DNA of 64,000 nucleotides from Batkoa obscura (Eukaryota): NCBI GenBank assembly GCA_030770535.1, contig JASVEC010000002.1, positions 1,426,001 to 1,490,000 of the forward strand, read 5' to 3'. Shown piece by piece: positions 38,414 to 50,252 of this stretch (position 1 is its first letter; each line of letters starts with the position of its first letter). The notes under the pieces were generated by a model. It saw only the letters and a program-made list of their open reading frames with translations, ran no database searches and was not told where the DNA came from. The position numbers and the translations under genes were made by a program.

Positions 38414-39283
38414 TTAAAGATCCCTCCAAAGTTCTTGAAACAACATTGATAAATAGTTAACAAGGTGGTGTGCAATTTTGATCTGTTTTTTAGCTACAGC
38501 TGAGTCAGTGGTGTTGATACAATCTAATTTAGGCAAAATTGCAAAGTTAGAAAATTTATCCGGGTGAAATTTTAACAATTCTCGTTTTAGAATGATTTTG
38601 CTCTTATCTAAATCCACCTTTAGGTCAACATTTAAATAGCTTGTTATGGTAGATTTGTTAATATATTTTGAAAACTCTGGATTGTCCTCATCCAAAGTTA
38701 GGATTGACGTAATTATTTCTTTTCTAAAGGGCCAGGGTATATTATATATTTGGAAACCCTCTATTTTCTTATCACAGTTTTGTAAATAAGAGTTATTATT
38801 GATAATATCTGTCCATTCTTTGAAGTAATATAGCCTTTCTTTAGTATTGTTTGCTTTAGATTCTTCTTTTTTGGCGGAATTTCTTTTCTTCTTCTTTTTA
38901 TTTTCTTTATCTTTATGCCCATTATCCTCCACTTTAGAACGTGATCTAGCTCCCTCAGTATATTTTTGCCTTTTCCTTCGCATACCGTCAATTATATATC
39001 TTCTATACTCTTCTTCGTCCATGTCCATTAACTGGTCTTTATTTTTTTGGTCATGGTAAGTTTGTTGAAACCTATGGTGCCAAAAATCTGGCTCTTCTTC
39101 ACCAAGAGTATCCATTAAGTGATCTTGCCACTCTCTTTCTTTTAAATCTTGATCTAAACTGGCTCTGTTATAATCTTCATCAAATTGATAGTTGTCCGTA
39201 TAATAGTTGCTTTTCGGCTTTTTATGACTCTCCTCTTTTCGTTTTCTCTCCCTTTTCTTAGGTGATTTTAATTTTAATTTCAT
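38414..39283 (-). CDS. NFKBIL1-like protein (Lys/Arg-rich N-terminus, IPWP motif, C-terminal HPDKF J-like motif)
   Basis: Motifs MDEEEYRRYIIDGM, NIPWP, LKRELLKFHPDKF. Likely start MKLKLKSPKK at 39283. Confidence 0.65.
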   Translation of the reverse strand: MKLKLKSPKKRERKRKEESHKKPKSNYYTDNYQFDEDYNRASLDQDLKEREWQDHLMDTLGEEEPDFWHHRFQQTYHDQKNKDQLMDMDEEEYRRYIIDGMRRKRQKYTEGARSRSKVEDNGHKDKENKKKKKRNSAKKEESKANNTKERLYYFKEWTDIINNNSYLQNCDKKIEGFQIYNIPWPFRKEIITSILTLDEDNPEFSKYINKSTITSYLNVDLKVDLDKSKIILKRELLKFHPDKFSNFAILPKLDCINTTDSAVAKKQIKIAHHLVNYLSMLFQELWRDL

Positions 39284-39695
39284 AGTCACAATTAAAAAAG
39301 TTAGTGTTTCATAAAATATATCACTATGAATGCGTAGCCTCATTTTATGCAATTTAATTTGCGTATTTTAGAAATTAAGGAGCGTTGGGTACTAGCTTAT
39401 TAAAACATCATTGCTGTCGACATAGAGGTATTTAAAATAGCAGTGTTTGATATGATAAGTAATATTGTGATTTACGATTTCAATTATTTGGACAATAAGA
39501 TATGCGCGAATTACATACCTAAATACTATAAGACTATTTTATGATAAGCAAAGTAATAAACTTTATGTCCGACGATTTTAATAAGGTTAAAAAAACAACA
39601 TAATATAACTAAAATAAGCTATTATATTAATACTATAGTATTAATATTCATACTTCAAATTACGATTCTGTATTTTTGATGCTTTTTCTAAACAT

Positions 39696-39802
39696 TATAG
39701 GGGATGTACTTTTTTGTTTAAGAATTTTATCAACAATCTTTCCGCTCAAATAGTGCTTAAAAAATGGAGAAAGTGATAAAACCGAGAAAAACATCTCTGT
39801 AT
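39696..39802 (+). mobile_element. MITE copy
   Basis: TATAGGGGATGTACTTTTT...TTCCGCTCAAATAGTGCTT...AAAAACATCTCTGTAT. Confidence 0.85.
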
Positions 39803-40174
39803 TTAAAAAAAATTCACTTAAAAATTCGCATAATTAAGCCTTTATAGCTATAGGCTTAGCTTTAGAATGACATGGTAGTACTTACTACATGTCTCTTTAA
39901 AAAAATATTTTATTTTATAGATCAATGATTATCCTATTTGTAGCACTTAACAAAAAGAAACAGATTTAATTACAAGAACTTATCTATAATATAAAATGTT
40001 ATTTTTAACATCAATTAGTGATACTTAAAATTTGATAATACTTAAAGGTTGTTTAATTATAAAAAATTTAAAATGATAACAAAATCGAGATATTACATTT
40101 TATATTCCGTTTTATTTATTAAATGTTAACTTTGAAAGTATGGAAGCTGGTTTAATAAAAAGAATTAAACTTAT

Positions 40175-40420
40175 CTAAAGTCCAAGTCCAAGTCCAGATA
40201 AGAGACCTCCAGCAACTGGTATGTTAGAAAGCATACCACCAGAACCCTCACTGCTACCTCCGCCTCCTAATAAACCTCCTAACAAGTCTCCTCCTCCTCC
40301 TCCTCCTCCTAATATACCGCCTAATAATCCTCCAAGAAGATCGTCTCCACTATCTCTTCTGGCCATAGGCATACTGCTAATTGAACTTACAGCAAGAAAT
40401 AAAATAAAGTTTAATTTCAT
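40175..40420 (-). CDS. Small secreted Gly/Leu-rich protein, family A (copy A1)
   Basis: Signal peptide, RR site, LLGGLLGG repeats, C-terminal IPVAGGLLSGLGLGL. TATA box ~80 bp upstream. Close paralog at 50253. Confidence 0.85.
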   Translation of the reverse strand: MKLNFILFLAVSSISSMPMARRDSGDDLLGGLLGGILGGGGGGGDLLGGLLGGGGSSEGSGGMLSNIPVAGGLLSGLGLGL

Positions 40421-41428
40421 TGTTATTATTAAGGATAGTAATGGTAGTAAATTAAGTTATTTGTATTTTTTTGAATTTTAATCCCGATAAACAATTATTT
40501 ATATACTACTTTTCTTCTTTTCTTTTTGTTTAATAAATTACGATAAGCATACCTTTTTACTCCCCTTTCCCTCTGTTCTCCTAATTATCTACCAGATATA
40601 CTGATATTTTGTATTTTTATCCATTTTTGTTGTTAATTAAGTTAATTAAGTTAATTAAGCTAAAACTCAATTAACTCGCATTAAGTATTATTTAGCTTAA
40701 TTTAATTAAAATGTTATTACATTGATTAATTTTAGATGGGCTGAATATTATACATTATTAATATACTAGTTGTAGCCAAAGGACTGAGGTTAATTATGGT
40801 AAATAATGATAAATAAATTAACACACCTATTGCGGATCTATTTCTACCTAATTAGTGGTATTTTTTGGAAGCATTTATTTGTATAGTTCATTTCTTTAAG
40901 CCTAATCACCAAGATTCATCAAAATTTTTAGTAAATTTATATTCTTAAACAAACAGTTAATTAAGTCACAATATAATTACAGCAGTTATATCTAAATGAC
41001 TAGAAAGTGTCTGACATCAAAAATGCTTGATATGATAAATCAATGGCATAGTATACTACAGCTAAACCAAAATAACATTTAAATATTTACAGCTATATTA
41101 AAAAAATTTCCAAATTAAAAAACCTTTTACATTTCTTCTTTATAGATCAACAACCACTAAAACTAAAAGTGATATAGTTGTATGGATTTAGAGGAGTAAA
41201 CTAAGGGTTCCTGTTCCCAAAATCATTTATATAAGAGGCAGTAGCTGAGATGCCCTACCAGGTTCAAACATTATGGTATGAAAGGTATCAGAGAAAAATT
41301 AAAAAACAATAAATAATAGCTTTAAAACTTAACTAAAACTAAATATTTAAATAATGAAAACTATATAAGCAATAGAGAATATGAATGGTAAGAATTTTAT
41401 TTAAACATATTGTCAAATATTAACTTAA

Positions 41429-41752
41429 ATGAAAGTCATAAATCTGATAGCAGTCATACTTGTTAGTGGGATAATGCCTGGTGAAGTTCAACTAGAACGT
41501 CGTAAATCCTTTATTGAAACCCACCAAGAACATGGGCATTTACCTGGAGGAAAAAACAACCCTGGGTTTGGTATATCCTTGATTCCTCAAGCCCTGTCTA
41601 TTTTAAAAGGTCAAAGCTTCTTATCTATTTTAGATGGATATAACAAAGAGGCTGATACAAAGGAGGGGATGCAGTATACAGAAGAAGGTCCATCTAATAG
41701 TGGTTTATTATCTGGATTAGGTCTATCCAGTCTTTTGGGTGGTATTATTTAA
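41429..41752 (+). CDS. Small secreted protein, family B (copy B1)
   Basis: Signal peptide, RRK site, SFIETHQEHGHLPGGKNNPGFG core, GLLSGLGL tail. TATA box at ~41362. Close paralog at 48420. Confidence 0.85.
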   Translation: MKVINLIAVILVSGIMPGEVQLERRKSFIETHQEHGHLPGGKNNPGFGISLIPQALSILKGQSFLSILDGYNKEADTKEGMQYTEEGPSNSGLLSGLGLSSLLGGII

Positions 41753-41849
41753 GTATAATTCGATATATAATTTATTGATCACTGATTTTTTTTCAATAAA
41801 TCCAAATTTTAATATAGAGAGAGTTTTTTTACTTTAAAATCATTTAAAC

Positions 41850-42056
41850 ATATGGGAGCGTTTGTTTTGACTTCATTACTTTTTCCGTTTTTTAAACACT
41901 ATTTAAGTGGAAAATTTGTTAGTAAAATTGTTAAACACAAAAATACATCTCCATATGGGGATGTATTTTTGTGTTTAAGAATTTTACTACCCTTTTCCAC
42001 TCGAATAGCACTTAAAAGATAGAAAAAGTGATAAAGCCAAAAAATATTTCCAATTA
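41850..42056. mobile_element. MITE dimer, head-to-head (palindromic)
   Basis: Two opposite-orientation copies joined at CATATG (41952-41957). Confidence 0.9.
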
Positions 42057-43665
42057 TGAAAAAAGCATCATTTAAACTTAAAATAACAGATGAGTCCCTT
42101 AAATTGGTACATTAAAGTGTAGCTTGTTTCAACTTTCCTTATTCTAAACTGTATTTTGCTATTGCTTTGATTAGATGCTTTAATTGATTTATCATTTGTT
42201 TATTTTTATATAAGATTTTGCTCTACACTGACATATATTTAAAATAAAGACACGTCAATCAAATCAACAAATAACCTTTATAAATAACATAGTATATTTT
42301 ACAAGTTATTTATTGCTCGATATTTACAAACTGACTAATGGCTTTAAAACTTTGTTTAAAAATAAAAGCTATAAGCTAAAATAAAGGGGTTGTAAAGTTA
42401 AATTAAATGAAAAATAGTTAGATGCATTAGGCATATTTAAAGAATTAAGATAAAAAAGCATTAGTTAACATATTTCATTTTGATTTTTTATTTAAATATT
42501 AAATGATGTTAACAAGCTAAAAAAACAAGGTATTGTCCAGCTTTTTGTTCAGTTCATTGCTTTTGAATACAATAGTTAGTAGAAGAGTGGTCTGCTCTAT
42601 TGAAGTAAGCGGACTTTTAATCATTGAACTCAAGAATACATAAAATTAGAATCCTCTCATAGCATAGTATTTGATATAGGATTGAGATATTTAAAATACT
42701 ATATAGTACAGAAGTATTTTATGGATAATAAACCCTCTTATTATAAAATTTTCATGTAAATATACTAAAACTGGAATTTAGTTTTAAAGTAGTTGGGAGT
42801 TTAAAGACGAATTTAAGCTATTTTTACTATAGAATAGTTTTAGGTTTTATTAAAAACATGTTAAAAAATAAAGATTACCTTATTTAAAGTACTAAAGTCT
42901 CAACACAAATATACAACTTAAGAGTCACGATTTTAAAGCCATGATATGCTTTATTTAACTATAATATTAATTTTTATTGTAACAAAACATATAAAGATAT
43001 CTTATTTAGTCTATAAATTCAATTACATAATTAAGTAAGAAAAATGAGAATCTATAATCCTGTCATATTCAACAGTAAATGTAAATTAAAGTTGGTTTCT
43101 AATAATTTATTAAACAGCCTTAATAAAATAATAACTTTCGAAATGTATCTATTTAATATTGTAGAATAAACAATGTAAGACAAAGGCTAAGTCAATTAAA
43201 TTAGAGTATATAATCTTCATTTAAAAATTTAATAAACTTTTGATTTTTAATTATGAGTTCATAATTTCCAAAAATAGTAAATTAGAAATAGGGATATTTG
43301 TTTATGAAATTTAGAATTATAAAATAATAAATATATTGGTATTAACTTAGTATTACTACCGGGTACGAATATCTTGAAACACAACATACGAATATTAGCT
43401 AGAATATATAATATCATGATTAAGGTACCCATGAAAAAAATAATATGAATCAGCTAGGCTTAAAAATAAAATGAGAGGTTCGAAGCCTAGGAAGCAAGAA
43501 TAAATTTTAGAGTTACTAAAGTAAGAGGTAAAGTGGAGGGTTAATAAGATAGTTACAAAAATAATATAAATAGTTGGATTGAAACAATCATTTAAAAATA
43601 TTTTTATTTATTTTAATTAAAGCGCTTATAAGTTAATATCAAGTTTACAACAAGAAATAAATAAG

Positions 43666-44661
43666 ATGACTACTAGTTCATTTTTGTATCCAAGTCAAAT
43701 AAATTTAGAGACATTTCCTTTCAGTAAATTTAATAGTTGGCAGGCTCAAGGAGTAAGCTATGTATTCATAGTAACTAACGTATTATCATTAATACCAAGT
43801 TTGTTAATATTGATTTCTGTACTAGTTTATAAAAGGATGCAAACTACTGATAATATGATAGTAATGCAAATAGCTATCATTGATGTTATTTATGCAACAT
43901 GGACAATCATATGGGTATCTGTCAAACTATCAACTAATTATATGGTGCTAAATATGACCGCATGCAAAGTTGAAGCAGCAATTTCAGCAATCTGTAAAAT
44001 AACCTGGTTATACTCAGCTTTGGTATGTGCATTCTGGAGATATTATACAATCGTAAAAGGAGAGAACATTTCCAAGAGAGGCGTACTTTTACTACAATTG
44101 ACCCAATGGATTTTGCCACTATTTGCAGGAATTTTGATCGCAGTAACTAATAGATTTGATTTAATGCCATCTGCAGGATATTGTTACTTGGCTTACAAAC
44201 CGGATGATCCCTTACTGAAAGGATATTATTTTATTACAATCGCAGTTATATTAATACCAACTGTGCTGGCTGTTTACTTTTATTACTCTATCTCCAGGCA
44301 ATTTTATAATATTATGAGACGAGTAAACGAATCTTCACAAAGTTATTTAGTTGATATGAGTGATGAAAAATCTAGCTATCAGGCAATTAGTGAAAAAGAA
44401 AATTTAGCAGTTAATCCAAGTTTAGAAAAATATAGGGCAGTAGCATTTCGCTCAATCATGTACTGCTTAATATTTATTCTATCCTTCTTACCCTATGGTG
44501 TTACAATGATTTACGAATTAATTACTGATACTCCACGTAGCGACACTGTTGACTTTTGGGTAGTTTCTGCTATCATGATCCATAAAGTATTATCTCCTAT
44601 GGTTACTCTATTCATCAATGCATCTATTTTAGCTCAGGTTAAAAAGATATTATCACTTTAA
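43666..44661 (+). CDS. Class A (rhodopsin-like) 7TM GPCR; intronless
   Basis: Seven TM segments; shares QTTDN, TM3 CKVEA...WRY, MPSAGYCY, FILSFLP and HKVLSPM with its paralog at 26942. Confidence 0.85.
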   Translation: MTTSSFLYPSQINLETFPFSKFNSWQAQGVSYVFIVTNVLSLIPSLLILISVLVYKRMQTTDNMIVMQIAIIDVIYATWTIIWVSVKLSTNYMVLNMTACKVEAAISAICKITWLYSALVCAFWRYYTIVKGENISKRGVLLLQLTQWILPLFAGILIAVTNRFDLMPSAGYCYLAYKPDDPLLKGYYFITIAVILIPTVLAVYFYYSISRQFYNIMRRVNESSQSYLVDMSDEKSSYQAISEKENLAVNPSLEKYRAVAFRSIMYCLIFILSFLPYGVTMIYELITDTPRSDTVDFWVVSAIMIHKVLSPMVTLFINASILAQVKKILSL

Positions 44662-45170
44662 ATTATTAAATAAAAATAATGTTAATTAATACTTATATAA
44701 TGCTAATTTATTAAGCTCAGTAGTTATGATGTATTGTAACTGTAGCTATTATAACAGTTTATAATTTTTTATATTTTTAGTAATAGTTTTTTTTAATGAA
44801 TATGAAAAAAGATTACATTAGAAATAATTTGGTATTTAATGAAAAATAATAGCCAAGTGTACAAAATTTATAAATTATTTTGCAATTTTTACATAAATAG
44901 TGTAAATACAGGCTAAAAAAACTTATTCATAATCAAAATGATAATCTCCTTAAGGTAATAAAATAAAGGCTAATATTTTAAATAAGTTCTTCCTTTCGAA
45001 AGATATTTTTTAACAAGACAATCTATTAACTAAATATTTATTATCAGTAAATAGAACATTTAATTGCACTGCATAAAAGCTCCATCTTCAATTTTAGATT
45101 AATTTTGGGTTTTTAGCTACTGGAGTGAATAATGAATATTATTACTAATAGCTTCAAAATATCAGTTAGT

Positions 45171-46307
45171 TCACTTACATCCTCCAGTACTACGAACATT
45201 TTGTAAAGCAGTGAGTAATTGATTTTGATAATCGTTATCCATAGCCCATAACATAGCTCCTCTTAAACCGTTACATCTTATATAGTTAGTTTTTGCTTTT
45301 AATGATTGTGTATCATCATAAGCAATGAATGTCTTTGTATTCTTGTTAAATAACCATGGAGTTTGGGTCGTAGTATCGAATTTTCTAATCCACCCAGCAG
45401 TATTGTTGGCTTCTAATGGTGACTTTAAGATCTTTTTAGTGATCAAATCTTTATAAGGATAGCCAGGCAAATTACTGTTGGTGATTTTTTGATATTGATC
45501 AGTATTGGTCATATCAACTCCAACACCTGCTGAAAAACCATAGAAAGGCACACCAACAACTAATTTATCATAAGTAAATCCTGCCTTGCTCCAGTCTTTT
45601 ACAGCCTGTTTAACAGAAAATGGCGCACCTTTACCTGGTTGATAGTCCAATCCACCTAATGGCCCGGTAGTAGCCCCCCAAGGCCCATTTAAGTCATAGC
45701 ACATTAAATTAATCCAATCGAACAAGGGTACAAAAGCTTTGACATCATTTAATGGACCACTTGGACCATCAAATGGCTGTACTCTTACAGCAGCGGTGAT
45801 TAATTTCTTACCTAAAGCAGTACGTAAATCTTTTAATAATAATAGGTAGTTTGCAGTATCTTTTGGAGATATGATATTTCCACCAGCCCCATTTCTTCCA
45901 GGGTATTCCCAATCCAAATCAACACCATCTAGATTGAATTTGTTTACAAAAGCAACAGTGTTTGATATAAATTGCTTCCTTTTGTTAGCATCCGCAGCCA
46001 TTGGAGAGAAATATTTTGATCCGGTCCAACCACCAATGGAGATAGATACCTTGGTGCTAGTCTTATGTGCTTTAGCAACCAAATCTTTTAAAGTGCCTTC
46101 AGTTCCAATTTTAGGATTAAAGCCTTTATCATCAAATAAAGCAAAAGAGTAATTGATGTGAGTTACTTTACTGAAATCGATTGCGCTAACTGGATATTGG
46201 GTTAATGTCCAGTCTGAAAAGTAACCTACTACCACTTTACTGGGAGCTTGACTAGTAACACTGGTGACGGCTAAGCTGACTACTAAAAAGAAGGAAGCGA
46301 ATTTCAT
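45171..46307 (-). CDS. Secreted GH18 chitinase, catalytic domain only; intronless
   Basis: Close paralog of 9264..10682 with LDGVDLDWEYPG. Ends at TGGCK* without linker or CBM. Start MKFASFF at 46307, inferred by alignment with the paralog. Confidence 0.95.
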   Translation of the reverse strand: MKFASFFLVVSLAVTSVTSQAPSKVVVGYFSDWTLTQYPVSAIDFSKVTHINYSFALFDDKGFNPKIGTEGTLKDLVAKAHKTSTKVSISIGGWTGSKYFSPMAADANKRKQFISNTVAFVNKFNLDGVDLDWEYPGRNGAGGNIISPKDTANYLLLLKDLRTALGKKLITAAVRVQPFDGPSGPLNDVKAFVPLFDWINLMCYDLNGPWGATTGPLGGLDYQPGKGAPFSVKQAVKDWSKAGFTYDKLVVGVPFYGFSAGVGVDMTNTDQYQKITNSNLPGYPYKDLITKKILKSPLEANNTAGWIRKFDTTTQTPWLFNKNTKTFIAYDDTQSLKAKTNYIRCNGLRGAMLWAMDNDYQNQLLTALQNVRSTGGCK

Positions 46308-48419
46308 ATTAAATATTAGGGATATAAAAATGATAATTTTTACAGCTTTATTTAGATTGCCCATTCCTTTGTTTATATACTTTGAGCTTCCCGCTTTTGA
46401 GGTAAGTGGCCAAATTAAGGTAATTCTTCATAATTTGCTATTGAGTTCGAGTTTTAAATTATATAGCCATGTGACCAGAACCATAATAAAATTTAGTATT
46501 TAGTAAACTCATAAAGTAATACTTTCTTCACCACAACGCTGAAAATATTGCAGTTGCAATTCTAAAAACATCCCGAGATTCGATTAGTGTTAGTAGTTTA
46601 GTATCTTATATTATGCTTTACCGCATTTAATAAGACATATATACCATAAAATAATTATAGAATTAGAACTATTTTAAACGACTTTTGAGGTAAATCAAAT
46701 GTTAGATCACGTTTATTTATAAAATTACTATCTATTAAGGATCAAATAATAACTTTATAGTAAAACTAGTGGGTTTGAATAATATTTGAATATTCGTGTT
46801 TCCACCTTTTATTTAAATTGGTACTTCTCTTCTATCTTTTTGCTTATAAGCTTAATGTATGAGTAGCAATAACTTATAATGCCTTATTTCATTCTCTGAT
46901 TATAGAATAGAATTATTTTGGAGAGAATGAGGCAAAAAGTTATTAACTCTTTTCGTAGCAAAATACTTATTTGGAAACTTATTTTACTTTTTTAATCAGT
47001 TTAGAATTTTTTGCTACACAGGTTTTATTATAAAAGTTAAAAAGAACTTTATTACTCTTACTTCCCCAGCAATTAATATTTAATCTTACTCCTTTTTTCA
47101 TCCTAAAAAAATAAACACTTGGGAGCTTATACTTTTACAACACTTGAAGAAAACTGCATTATTTATATACATTGTTTATAATTTTACATTTGATATTCTA
47201 TTATACAGGATTTTTGACTTATGTTTATCTTTCAAGAAAAAAATTGAGCAAACTGCAATTGAGCTTTTCAACAATAATTCAAAATAAAGCTAAACAAAGT
47301 TTGGGACTTTATATCGAAAATATTATAGCTTTAGCTATAATTATTTTGATTTGTATTATAATATTTTATACTTTGTTACTTTTACTTTGGATTATTATTG
47401 GGAAAATTTATTGGGGTTTGTTCATCTTTTTTTGAAGTAAAGATAACAAATTGAATAAACTATAATATTGGGCAAATTTTTACAAAATAAAGTAAAATTC
47501 AATAAGGTACATTTGTGAGACATAAATTTATTTTAAAATAATTTAGTACCCCAGTAGCTTGATTGCTAGGCTTGGTAAATCGTAAGAAATCCTCTATGGT
47601 TATTGCTTATACCTTGCCAATTACATTGAAAACACTTTTGCTTTATTATTTTTTTGTTTGATAAATCCTAATACCTCAAGGTTTGAGAAGATAATTAAGC
47701 CATTACAAATTCAAGTTGAAATTTTTCATCTAAAAAAGTGATCTTACGCCCTACCATTTATTATTCCTATTGATCTAAGCTATTGACTCCTACTACACTA
47801 AATCGATTTATAATAAGATATCTATCACTTCTATCACCAGTATTTCCTTGTTTTTTATATGTAGTAATTTATACAATCAACTACAAAGCAACTTTGTAAA
47901 ATCCATCACAGTTGTGAGTAGAACCTCTTAAAGCAAAGCCGGTTCTTTTAGTTTAATATTATTTTGTACTCTTGTAACCTTTTCGTTCCCATCTATAATT
48001 TTAATTTATTCATACGAGAAATATCAAGAAGCTTTTGACTCCTTTAATATTAAAAAAATATATCGTTAACTTTACGATGTGTACGAATGGAAAGAGAATT
48101 ACATAGCAAATTTTTTATACGATTTCAAGGTTGTTTATTTATTCGTTGAGAACATTGATTAATTGCAACAACTATGGATGATCGAGCATAACATAAATTA
48201 TATTAAGAAAATCATTAATTATTTTAATTATTCAGCAATAAGTGAAACAACATAAAAACCGTTTGTATTTCATACAGTATTGTTACTAAAAAAATAAACA
48301 AGTATCAAATCAATACTTCATAAAACAATAAGTTCTTTTTTTGTAAAGGAAATATTAGTATAAAATATGCTTATAAACTAAACATCAACATATCAAATAT
48401 TAATTAAATTTATTAAAGG

Positions 48420-48737
48420 TCAACCTCCTAAAATACCAGATAAACCTAATCCAGATAATAGACCGCCTTCGGATGCACCTTCAGCTGGTGATTCTTTACC
48501 TTCACTTTCATCAGCCTTTTTATTATACCCATTTAAAATTGATAAGGGATTTTGACCTCCTAAAATGGATAGAACTTGGGGGATTAAAGACACACCAAAT
48601 CCAGGATTATTCTTTCCTCCAGGTAAATGACCATGCTCCTGATGGGTTTCAACAAAAGATTTACGACGCTCTAATTGTATGGTACCAGCCATTATTCCAC
48701 TAAATAACATGCTTACTATCAAAGTTGCTGATTTCAT
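48420..48737 (-). CDS. Small secreted protein, family B (copy B2)
   Basis: Signal peptide, RRK site, SFVETHQEHGHLPGGKNNPGFG core, GLLSGLGL tail. Confidence 0.85.
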   Translation of the reverse strand: MKSATLIVSMLFSGIMAGTIQLERRKSFVETHQEHGHLPGGKNNPGFGVSLIPQVLSILGGQNPLSILNGYNKKADESEGKESPAEGASEGGLLSGLGLSGILGG

Positions 48738-50252
48738 ATTTAGGTTATTATTATTAATAAATTAAAAATATTTTTATTTTACTCATTAAGTCTATCTTTT
48801 GTTTATATATGTTTGCTTTATTGATTTCTTTTTCTTCATTTTTATTTTTTGGTATTTGGTAACAGCAACGCTACTAGATCTTTTAGTTTATTCTTATTAG
48901 TTATATTAATTTTAGCCACTCCTTTTAATTTATCCCGCTATTTTTTAATAGTACCGTGTATTTTAATTTTCTGGGCAATTTGATTGACTATTTTCATGAA
49001 CATTATTCCGGATTGAAATTTTAATTTAAGGATGTTTATTCACTACTTTGGAATTTCGAATAAAATTTGAATCCATTAAGTTTTCTAAACCCATTCTCCT
49101 TACTGTGAGGCCAATTTCATATAATACTTGCCAATGTTTACTGCTTTGCTTTACAATAAAAGAGGGATATAACCCTGAAACATTCTGTTATCCTATTTTA
49201 AGAAATGCTGCATAACTTATAGTCCTAAAAGGGCTCAATAAAGTATTTAGCTCGAAATTTATCTAAATGGCCCCCTTACCCACGTAGTAGCTTTCTAGTT
49301 TATTTTCGAAAGATATACCCAGTCATTCTTAGACTACATTTGTCTTACATTTTTCTTGAACCGCTACCTCTTATAAAAAGATATCATTATTTTCTATTTA
49401 ATTAATAAAGTTTATTACAAAGTACAATTTACATTTAAATATCATAGCTAATTTTATTAACCCGCTAAAGGGCTTTGTACTCGCAGGAGTATGATAAAAT
49501 ATAATTTTTCTGTCTTAATCTAAAAACACTTCAGAAAAATCTACAGTAGTAATTTAATTCGACATAATATGCCTTTAAATTAACCAATTGACGGTCCTAA
49601 TAACCTAGAAGGACTATAGATAAATGGATCTAATTATTTCAACTTTTTTAATCTTGAAGTCTGATGATTTTTGATTTAGTAATTAAAGCTATTTATCTAT
49701 TATGTAATCGGCAAAGTGCTTGAGAATCTATAAAATTTAGAGCATCTAAAAAATTAATTAATGTTTCTTACTCTAATAAAGCATTTGGGGGCTTATACCT
49801 TTTAAAGTTTAAAAAAATTAACTATTTTTTTATCTAATATAGTGAATTTTAATGATAGTATGTTATAAATAAAAGTCATCTTTATTTACGAATTAGTAAA
49901 TCCAAAGTTGAGTAATTTATGCAATAAAAACAGTTTAAGTTTAACAAACTTTTAGTCACAAATTGAATTCTTAATTGATTTACTTAATAGTAAAAAAGCG
50001 GCACAAAAATATTGGAGTGCTAGCATCGCTAGTATGTAATTAGAAAAAAGAGGAAAAAGGAATTAAAGATACAAGTATTGTTCTAAAAAATTAGGAAAAA
50101 AGAGGAAAAGAGGAGTTGAGACTAATTAAATTTTACAATAAATTTATAATAAAATGTTAAGAAAAACTAGTATATAAACCTCTCCTTATCTTACCTGAAA
50201 TCTAAAAACATCCAATTTAATAATCTATTTAAAAACTAATTAACTAATAATA

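Noticed and set aside
40221..40481. Pro-rich ORF (likewise 63442..63855 and 50305..50571)
   Set aside because: These are antisense shadows of the Gly-rich secreted genes; the other strand has the signal peptide, TATA box and paralogs.
43470..43495. GGTTCGA T-loop-like strings (also ~53902) as tRNA or SINE
   Set aside because: I could not build a cloverleaf, an acceptor stem or a properly spaced A-box.
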